IMG/VR virus record: IMGVR_UViG_3300027835_000482 | Coordinates: 1-34,202 of that record | Length of the DNA stretch: 34,202 bases | Reading direction: 5' to 3' (one strand) | Origin: a virus | Lineage: Duplodnaviria > Caudoviricetes | Shown: piece after piece, positions 9,060-15,926 of the stretch | Position numbering within the stretch: position 1 is the first letter of the stretch | Layout: every line of letters begins with the position of its first letter | Position numbers and translations under genes: made by a program | The notes under the pieces: model-generated | What the model saw: only the letters and a program-made list of their open reading frames with translations | Databases searched by the model: none | Told to the model about the DNA's origin: nothing

Positions 9060-9120
9060 TTGCTTTTTGTTTTGGAATTAATAATTTAGTATCAGGTAAT
9101 TGTGAACCGGAGGGAACCCC

Positions 9121-9270
9121 ATGAACGACTGCTGCCAGAAAACTGTAAAAAGAAGAACTAAAAAGATTCTAAATGAATTAAAAGATATTATCGCCAGGTC
9201 GTCTAAAAACATCTATTCCGTTATTATTGATGTTGAACAGCTTCGCAAAAAGTATTTGTGTGATAAATGA
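9121..9270 (+). CDS. hypothetical protein (49 aa, not in ORF track)
   Basis: GGAGG SD; MNDCCQK...; ATGA coupling. Confidence 0.5.
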   Translation: MNDCCQKTVKRRTKKILNELKDIIARSSKNIYSVIIDVEQLRKKYLCDK

Positions 9271-9443
9271 CCCCAATTGATGAGATGATGCGCCATAATA
9301 TTAATCTAGTTGGAATATTAGATAATGCTAAAATTGCATTTAATCGAATACAACCTGAGATTGTTAAAAAGAGATTACTAGAAGCTAAGCAACAATTGCT
9401 GCAACTCCTTAGTGAAATTGATGAATATCAAATAAACGAGTAG
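9267..9443 (+). CDS. hypothetical protein (58 aa, not in ORF track); last gene of the early arm
   Basis: ATGA overlap; stops 12 bp from the convergent protease stop. Confidence 0.5.
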   Translation: MTPIDEMMRHNINLVGILDNAKIAFNRIQPEIVKKRLLEAKQQLLQLLSEIDEYQINE

Positions 9444-9455
9444 TAAAATCAGTTA

Positions 9456-10049
9456 TTAGTGTCCTGCTACAAACTTCTTAATTTCACTCATCGGAATTGC
9501 ATAAACAATGCCTGCATAATCTCCATCATGTGACATAAGAAAACTCAAGACTCCCAGTACATTCCCACTCATATCAAACATAGGTCCACCAGAACTTCCC
9601 GGATCGGCAGCCAAATCGGTTTGAATTGCATTTTTGATTATAAACTTCCCTGGATTAATAATTTGATCTCGTAATTGTGATACGATGCCGGTCGTTAGAC
9701 TGAATTTTTGCTTATAAGGATGAGAAATCGCCATCAATTTATTCCCTATTTGTAATAGACCTAGATTCCCTAATTTTGCTTGAGGATAGGCCGCTGGCTG
9801 GTCTATTTTTACAGTTGCTAAGTCTCTACCTGGATCTAGGAGCTTAACGGTTCCAGTCGCTTTAGTTCCATTCTCAAACTCAATATTAATCAAACTTGCC
9901 TTATCGACAACATGGGCAACTGTTACAATCGTGCCATCGGCAGAATGAATATAACCTCCACCATATTGAGATTGTCCACTATCTGTAATTACTTCAATAT
10001 AAACAATACTAGGTACTACTTGCTTATATAAGATTGGTGCTGCTGGCAT
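9456..10049 (-). CDS. trypsin-like serine protease (HtrA/DegP-type catalytic domain, no PDZ)
   Basis: Triad motifs VTVAHVV, RDLA and IQTDLAADPGSSGGP; AGGAGG SD before ATG 10049 (alternative start 10106). Confidence 0.9.
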   Translation of the reverse strand: MPAAPILYKQVVPSIVYIEVITDSGQSQYGGGYIHSADGTIVTVAHVVDKASLINIEFENGTKATGTVKLLDPGRDLATVKIDQPAAYPQAKLGNLGLLQIGNKLMAISHPYKQKFSLTTGIVSQLRDQIINPGKFIIKNAIQTDLAADPGSSGGPMFDMSGNVLGVLSFLMSHDGDYAGIVYAIPMSEIKKFVAGH

Positions 10050-10154
10050 ATTACCTCCTGTATATTTATTAATTATGTTGTTTGCGAGTGTTTTTAATAG
10101 ATCCATAAATCCTCCAAAGCCGTAGCCAAGCGAAAAAAACGCCATTACAAATTC

Positions 10155-10198
10155 ATTAGGTATCAAACAGATATCAAATAGGTATCAGTGAAACCTAT
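10155..10198. promoter_or_regulatory. three 11-bp direct repeats plus one inverted copy (candidate protein-binding site)
   Basis: ATTAGGTATCA, AACAGATATCA, AATAGGTATCA, then GTGAAACCTAT. Confidence 0.45.
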
Positions 10199-10201
10199 CT
10201 A

Positions 10202-10477
10202 TTATTTCTTTGTAGGAACGGTTACATGCAATGCAATTGCTAATACACCTAAGCCATTAATAACTGCATCTGCGAATGGTGGAACTGGTAAGCCAGCACC
10301 TTGTGCTCCTGCTTCAATAAACTTGAGCCCTACTGCTAACATTGCTTTGTGTTCCCAAAGCCAGCCAACTATTTTATTCATATTATGATCCTCCATATAT
10401 TCCTGCACAACATTTTCAATCGCTTTAGTAGCGATTTTTCTTTCAATCTTTCGCTTCAATGTGTTTTTTCTAGGCAT
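10202..10477 (-). CDS. putative holin-like membrane protein
   Basis: Small; two hydrophobic segments; basic C-terminus; next to the endolysin; two SD-supported starts (10477, 10381). Confidence 0.5.
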   Translation of the reverse strand: MPRKNTLKRKIERKIATKAIENVVQEYMEDHNMNKIVGWLWEHKAMLAVGLKFIEAGAQGAGLPVPPFADAVINGLGVLAIALHVTVPTKK

Positions 10478-10491
10478 GTTAAAATACCTCT

Positions 10492-10647
10492 ATGAGTGAA
10501 CAAATCTTTGGGATAGATTGCTATTTACCTTTGCTTCCAGATGCAAAGCAAGTTTTAAAAGATACTGAAAATGAAATTAGAAAAGATGATGAAATTACAC
10601 AATTTTGGATAGATGTTTTAAAACATAATAAGATTGAACTTAACTAA
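10492..10647 (+). CDS. possible 51-aa protein antisense to the lysis cassette
   Basis: Open frame MSEQIFGID...IELN* fills the gap between endolysin and holin; no SD seen. Confidence 0.3.
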   Translation: MSEQIFGIDCYLPLLPDAKQVLKDTENEIRKDDEITQFWIDVLKHNKIELN

Positions 10648-11104
10648 AATAAAGGTTTGCTTCTTTAGTTCTTCTAGCAGCTAACCCATCACTGACTTTA
10701 AACTTACCTGTCTTTGGATCTTTTACTTTATTCCATCTCATAAACTCATCTCTAATTCTGTGGTCTTTTGGATCTGCATTAATTCTCCTTAAAAGGGTAC
10801 TTCCTCTAAATGCACCAGGTCCGACATTGTAAACAAAGCTCAGAATTGCATCATAAGAATTTTGTTTTAGGTTGACTATAAAAAGAGGGTCAATTAAATC
10901 TTGATAATTTCCAATAGTATGTCTTAAAAGTAATTCTGCATCTGCTTCTGAAATAGGTGGATCATCTTTTTTGACCAAGGTTCCATCTAAGTAATAAGTC
11001 GAACCAAATCCCGTTGTCCATTTTCCGGCTGAACATTGATAAGGCTTATTTCGGAATCCCTCCAATTCCTTTATTAATTTAATCCCCTTCTCGCTGATTT
11101 CCAT
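10640..11104 (-). CDS. endolysin, glycoside hydrolase family 24 lysozyme
   Basis: EGFRNKPYQCSAGKWTTGFG, SFVYNVG.GAF..STLLR and GLAARR.KE motifs; start MEISEKG. Confidence 0.93.
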   Translation of the reverse strand: MEISEKGIKLIKELEGFRNKPYQCSAGKWTTGFGSTYYLDGTLVKKDDPPISEADAELLLRHTIGNYQDLIDPLFIVNLKQNSYDAILSFVYNVGPGAFRGSTLLRRINADPKDHRIRDEFMRWNKVKDPKTGKFKVSDGLAARRTKEANLYFS

Positions 11105-11135
11105 AAAAATAAAAAACACAGGTTTTGACACCTGT
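11105..11135 (-). terminator. terminator-like hairpin just upstream of the endolysin
   Basis: ACAGGT-GTCAAA-ACCTGT then GTTTTTTATTTTT. Confidence 0.45.
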
Positions 11136-11162
11136 ATGTTGAGTATGCTTAAACTAATTTAT

Positions 11163-11435
11163 TCAGATCTTTCTTTTTATATCTAAAACTACATTTAAAA
11201 TCTGTTTCTGACTGTCTTTTAATTCGTCCAATCTGGAAGTTAATACAGCAACTTTTACTTGGTGATCTTCAACAAGAGGTTTAATGTCATCCATTTTAAT
11301 TTCAAGTTGTGAAAGTCTGGTTTCATTTAATACTGGTTTTGCTACATAATTATAAAAGCCTGTAGAAATTCCACCTACGGCTGTCATCACTAACACGGCA
11401 TCTTTGACTATACTAATCATATTGGCTGCTGGCAT
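11163..11435 (-). CDS. single-TM coiled-coil protein (holin/lysis accessory candidate)
   Basis: AGGAGG SD before ATG 11435; N-terminal hydrophobic segment then heptad pattern; upstream of the endolysin. Confidence 0.55.
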   Translation of the reverse strand: MPAANMISIVKDAVLVMTAVGGISTGFYNYVAKPVLNETRLSQLEIKMDDIKPLVEDHQVKVAVLTSRLDELKDSQKQILNVVLDIKRKI

Positions 11436-11445
11436 TTGTCCTCCT

Positions 11446-11720
11446 CTATACATTGTTAACCAAAATACCATTCACGAACGTTAATTTAGTGGTAGGACTG
11501 CCTCCGCTAGTAGCAGCAACATATGCTATCTGAGTCCCAACAAGCGGAGTAACTAACTTATAAGTCCTAGTTGTCGGGTCAGTGGTGTAGGTGTTTCAGG
11601 ACAACAGCACTCAGTTGAATTAACTATAGTCGTATCAGCGTCCCTAATATATGGGCAGGGGACACAAGTTGGTCCGTATAACATACAGAAAGTTAAAGCT
11701 GACATTATAATTGGTTCCAT
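11446..11720 (-). pseudogene. frameshifted Cys-rich gene (about 91 aa if one base is restored)
   Basis: GGAG SD, ATG 11720, 55-aa frame ends 11553; the -1 frame continues NTYTTDP...AYVAATSGGSPTTKLTFVNGILVNNV* to 11446, abutting the next SD. Confidence 0.55.
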
Positions 11721-11729
11721 TATTTTCTC

Positions 11730-12524
11730 CTAATAAATCATGTACTTAGTATTGAAATAAGTAAGCAAATTAGTATCATCTCCTGCTGAAACACTTGCAT
11801 TTAAAGTCACTATCTCTGAAATCCAGCCATCTAATGTATTGGTAGAATATTTTCCAGTCGTGAAGTCTGTATTCCCAGTCGTTAATGCTCCGCATGCTGT
11901 GGTTGTTTCAGCAGCGTTATTAATCCTGACACCAAGATTAGTACTATCCCATCTAACTCTAGCAATATAAGTTGTACCAGTAGTAATAGCTGTAGTCGCT
12001 ATTTTATTAGCACCATCATAACCAAAGGCTTGCAAAACATTAGTGTAGAAATGGAGTCCGTAACGAACCGCGCCAGCGTAACCAGTGTCATTTGTCCATG
12101 GATTACCAGTATCAGCATGATTAGTATTCACTCTAACAACTGCATAAATTGTACCTGCTGCTGTACCAACATCATTAAATGCATTAGTAGCGTTTGCAAG
12201 TTTATCGTCAACACCATCAAACTGAAGAGCAGGCCATGAATTAAAGCCTGTAGGTGCTGCTCGATAAATAGGTTGTAGACTTCCCGTTGCTTGACTGAAA
12301 TTATAAGCACTCACTAAATCTGTCCATGTTGAACCTATCGCAGTATCTGCCACAAAGCCCTGACCGTTTGCTTTAAAATGAGTTTTTATTCCAGTGACAG
12401 AAGGAAACGCTGGTTCAACTAGCCCTGCCTTTCTTTCAATACCAATATGACCAGCAAGCTGTCCACTTGCTGGTAATACAAAGCATAAAGATAAACCTAA
12501 TAATAGAGATATTAATTTTCTCAT
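11730..12524 (-). CDS. LamG/concanavalin-A-like lectin-domain protein with signal peptide (receptor-binding candidate)
   Basis: WTD...QATGSLQP.Y...N.WPALQFDGVDDKL...DGWISEIV pattern; N-terminus MRKLISLLLGLSLCFVLPASG. Confidence 0.75.
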   Translation of the reverse strand: MRKLISLLLGLSLCFVLPASGQLAGHIGIERKAGLVEPAFPSVTGIKTHFKANGQGFVADTAIGSTWTDLVSAYNFSQATGSLQPIYRAAPTGFNSWPALQFDGVDDKLANATNAFNDVGTAAGTIYAVVRVNTNHADTGNPWTNDTGYAGAVRYGLHFYTNVLQAFGYDGANKIATTAITTGTTYIARVRWDSTNLGVRINNAAETTTACGALTTGNTDFTTGKYSTNTLDGWISEIVTLNASVSAGDDTNLLTYFNTKYMIY

Positions 12525-12532
12525 ACTACTCC

Positions 12533-13996
12533 TTATGGGTTTTTACATGCAAAAGCTACACAACGAACATCTGTAACTGCCCCGCTTAATTGAATAGTCC
12601 AATTATTGGCTGCTGTTGTTTGAGGAATAATAATCCCAGTTGTCAAACCTCTTATATCACCTGCTGGCACGTAAAGAGGATATTGAATTGTACCTGCTGT
12701 TGAATCTCTAACATCAACTCTAACTGCCGTGGCTGAAGTATTTGAACAAGATAACGCATAAATATCAAGGAATGTACTTGCTACTGATGAAAATAGAGTT
12801 GTTTCAGTTGTTGTTGTTAAAGTAATAACTCCACTCTTGACAATTAATTCACGAGGGCAGCCAGGTACAGTAATTTGCTTCCCTAATTTATCGAATGCTG
12901 CATTAACAACCTGTCCATCAGCTACAGCAGTAGGATTTGTAGTAGCTGCACGACCACCTAAAGTTAAAGGATTTGCAGTTAAACTTGCTCCTGATGCAGT
13001 TGGTCCACCTACTGATTGAGAACCAGCAACGCCACCTGTGACAATAGTTGTTCCATTAATTTTTACAATGTCATCAGCTACTAAATCAGTTGTTCCATGA
13101 GTTGTTTGATCTGTAGTAACTTTGCCAATTATATTTGTGCCAGAAGGGATTGGAGCATCTAAAGCAATCGCAGTTACTGCTGTAGCTTGTCCACCACGCA
13201 GATAAATAGTTGCAGTGCCAGAAGTATAAGCAGACATACGAACCCTAAATTGTGTAACTGCTGCAATATCAACTTGCCATTGCCCAGTAGTGGTTGTACT
13301 TGTAGTGACCGTGCCAGAAGGCAATGGTACTGCATTTAAACTAAACCAATTTGTTCCATCAACAGTGCCTTCAAATTGAAGGGTGCCCACGAACACTCCA
13401 GTAATTTGTATCCCTGCAGTTCCTATACCTACTAAGTTTGTTAAAGTAACTGCACCTGTACTACTTAAAGCTCCATTAATAGTTTGGTCTGTAATTTGTA
13501 CTGGCTGTGTTACTGCTGAACCATCTACTTTCCATGCAGTAGTATTAGCGGTGTTCCCAGGTTGCACTGTCCAAGTACCTGATTGAACAGCATTAGCCGC
13601 TTGTGATATTAATGCACTCCCACCTCCACATTGTGCATTTACCGTCACTGTTCCAGACGTATAAGCACTTACTCTTGCTCTTACCTGATTAAATCCTGAT
13701 CCGCTAACCTGATAAATCCCTGTTGCTGATGCTGTAGTTGCTCTTGCATCAGTATTCACATTAACTGCTGGAATTGCTATCCAGGTACCATCTCTTGTAG
13801 CGGCTTCAAATGTGACTGTTGCCGTAAATGTATTTGTTAACTGGAATGTTGCAGCACCACAGTCATCAACACTTAATACTACTGTTTGATTAGCAGCAGT
13901 TAAATCTCCTGAGTTAGCCCCTACACGAGCATTAACAGGACTTGTACATAGCACAAATGCTGTTAAGATTATTAAAATAGAACTTATCTTTTTCAT
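12533..13996 (-). CDS. Thr/Gly/Ala-rich structural (spike/decoration-like) protein with signal peptide
   Basis: Two repeated beta-sandwich-like units ending in R.R.SAYTSGT; N-terminus MKKISSILIILTAFVLCTSPVNA; AAGGAG SD. Confidence 0.7.
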   Translation of the reverse strand: MKKISSILIILTAFVLCTSPVNARVGANSGDLTAANQTVVLSVDDCGAATFQLTNTFTATVTFEAATRDGTWIAIPAVNVNTDARATTASATGIYQVSGSGFNQVRARVSAYTSGTVTVNAQCGGGSALISQAANAVQSGTWTVQPGNTANTTAWKVDGSAVTQPVQITDQTINGALSSTGAVTLTNLVGIGTAGIQITGVFVGTLQFEGTVDGTNWFSLNAVPLPSGTVTTSTTTTGQWQVDIAAVTQFRVRMSAYTSGTATIYLRGGQATAVTAIALDAPIPSGTNIIGKVTTDQTTHGTTDLVADDIVKINGTTIVTGGVAGSQSVGGPTASGASLTANPLTLGGRAATTNPTAVADGQVVNAAFDKLGKQITVPGCPRELIVKSGVITLTTTTETTLFSSVASTFLDIYALSCSNTSATAVRVDVRDSTAGTIQYPLYVPAGDIRGLTTGIIIPQTTAANNWTIQLSGAVTDVRCVAFACKNP

Positions 13997-14006
13997 GATT
14001 GACTCC

Positions 14007-15926
14007 TTAAAATGCTATTGCTGTACCTGCTATTCCTGGTGCACCATTGCCACCAGCAGTTCCAGTTCCATCACCAGTACCGCCTAAACCAAATGCCCCA
14101 CCATTAACACAAACTGTTCCACTGCCTGAACGAGTATCAGCAATTGAAGTTACCCAGCCACCATTACCACCGGGACCACCGCCACCACCGCCGGAATTGA
14201 CACTAATACCGGGTATAGAATTACCACCATTACCACCATTACCGCCTTGTGAGGATAAACCACATGTTGCATTATTAACTAGATTTTTCGCTGAGACTGG
14301 GACAATACCACCTGGTGAACCTGCTCCACCACCAGCACCGGCACTACCAGTACCACCGGCAGTACCACCACCGCCACCACCGCCACCACCAGGACTTGCA
14401 CTTACGGTTGGTTGTATAACTGTTATTCCATTAAAGGCACGCCATAGAATTGCATTGCCTATATGTCTCATGCCACCTGCAGCAGCAGCTAAAGCTGAAA
14501 CTGTACCTGCAACACCTGCAGCACCAGAAGCACCCATGGCACTATCACCAGTACCACCTGCACCAGAAACAGCAGCATTAGAACCTACTGAATTGATAGT
14601 ATTGCTTCCAGCCATACCGGCACCGCCAGCACCATCAGGAGTACCGCCTGCAATACCACCATCTCCACCAGCTACACCGGCTGGGAAATAACCACCTGCT
14701 GTTGCAGCACCACCCACTCCATTTGTTGGACCTACTGCATTAGTACCAGCATTTCCGTTTTGATTAACACTAAATGTAGAATTAATTGTAAGAGTGCCAG
14801 AGCAGAATAGTCTAAAACCAGCAGTATTTAGATTGCCACCAGATAAAGTTAAATTAGTAAAATATGCATCTCTCGTTAAAGCATTATTTGTAATTGGACC
14901 TGAACTAAAAGAACCAGAATTAATTGTGACTGCACCATCTGAACCATCTCCATAATTTCCGGTTGCAGGCGTAGAATAAATATCATATGAAGAACCATTA
15001 CCTACTTTTAGAAGTTTATTAGTTGTATCAAGCCAGACTCTACCTGCTGCTGTATCTGTTGGAGTGGTACTTTGATAAAAAGTACCAGTAGCATTTCGCC
15101 ATGTAACTCCATCACATTCTTTAAATACTGGTCTTGCTGTTGTACCATCAGTCCCCGTGTCAAACCAACACTGACCAACCATTGTGCATGCAGGAGCTGA
15201 AGCTTGGCTAACACATGAACCAGCATTAATAGTTGCTATTTGATTATCGATATAACCTTTTCTACCTAAATCATTAACTACACTTGGATCAACTGTGCTT
15301 TGAGGAGCAACATTAAATATTAATGTCCCTGAAGTTTTAGTTTGATTTCCAGTAGTAAGTAAAGCTTGGTCAAACCTAACTGCATGAGTAGATAAAGTAC
15401 CTGGCGCGACCTCTAAATTAGCTAAAACGGTTCCATCGGTAGTGCATTGCCAGTCAGTATTTGCTTCTTTCCATATTACTGAAGGTTTATTAGCAGAAGT
15501 TGACCCACGATTTACTTCAACTCCAATAGCTGAAGAAGCTACTCCAGTATTTGCAGCATCTAATCTTAGTAGAGTAGAATTAAATCCCTTTCCTGCTGAA
15601 AAGATAAAACCATTACCAAAAGTCAGTGTCCCAGTATTGAAGATATTGCTTCCAGTGATAGTGTTGTCACCAACTCTATCTATAATATTGGTTTGTAAAT
15701 CTCTAAGATATTGTTTTATTTCATTGACCCCTGTTTTTAAATCAGTGTTATTTTGATTATGTTCGCTTGATGCGATCATGGCGTTAGGGCTAAATGTAAA
15801 GCTAGTCGCCGTATTTGATGGAACAGTAGGTAATATTGCTGCTACTGGATTAGGAATAACAATAGAGCTAACCAAGATTAGAAATGTTAATAATATATTT
15901 TTAAGTTTCTTCATTTTCTTCCTCAT
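14007..15926 (-). CDS. tail fibre protein with glycine-rich C-terminal domain and signal peptide
   Basis: Fibre repeats (G..W.DT....K...G), KGYID motif, YGDGSDG plus Gly-rich tail; N-terminus MKKLKNILLTFLILVSSIVIPNPVAA. Confidence 0.75.
   Translation of the reverse strand: MRKKMKKLKNILLTFLILVSSIVIPNPVAAILPTVPSNTATSFTFSPNAMIASSEHNQNNTDLKTGVNEIKQYLRDLQTNIIDRVGDNTITGSNIFNTGTLTFGNGFIFSAGKGFNSTLLRLDAANTGVASSAIGVEVNRGSTSANKPSVIWKEANTDWQCTTDGTVLANLEVAPGTLSTHAVRFDQALLTTGNQTKTSGTLIFNVAPQSTVDPSVVNDLGRKGYIDNQIATINAGSCVSQASAPACTMVGQCWFDTGTDGTTARPVFKECDGVTWRNATGTFYQSTTPTDTAAGRVWLDTTNKLLKVGNGSSYDIYSTPATGNYGDGSDGAVTINSGSFSSGPITNNALTRDAYFTNLTLSGGNLNTAGFRLFCSGTLTINSTFSVNQNGNAGTNAVGPTNGVGGAATAGGYFPAGVAGGDGGIAGGTPDGAGGAGMAGSNTINSVGSNAAVSGAGGTGDSAMGASGAAGVAGTVSALAAAAGGMRHIGNAILWRAFNGITVIQPTVSASPGGGGGGGGGTAGGTGSAGAGGGAGSPGGIVPVSAKNLVNNATCGLSSQGGNGGNGGNSIPGISVNSGGGGGGPGGNGGWVTSIADTRSGSGTVCVNGGAFGLGGTGDGTGTAGGNGAPGIAGTAIAF

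Noticed and set aside
9060-9120. tRNA or att site in intergenic gaps
   Set aside because: No cloverleaf is visible, no integrase is present, and no flanking repeat could be identified.
10107-10166. Hydrophobic N-terminal extension on the protease as a signal or TM segment
   Set aside because: It depends on a TTG start inside the repeat array with no SD; two downstream ATGs have good SDs.
10155-10198. CRISPR array or DGR template repeat
   Set aside because: Repeats are short and lack spacers; no cas or reverse transcriptase gene is recognisable in the window.
11685-11720. Lipoprotein/o-spanin signal in the Cys-rich ORF
   Set aside because: No basic n-region, and LTFC does not fit the lipobox consensus; no spanin pair could be supported.
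14047-14691. 214-aa proline-rich + strand ORF
   Set aside because: Antisense shadow of the GGN codons in the glycine-rich fibre domain.
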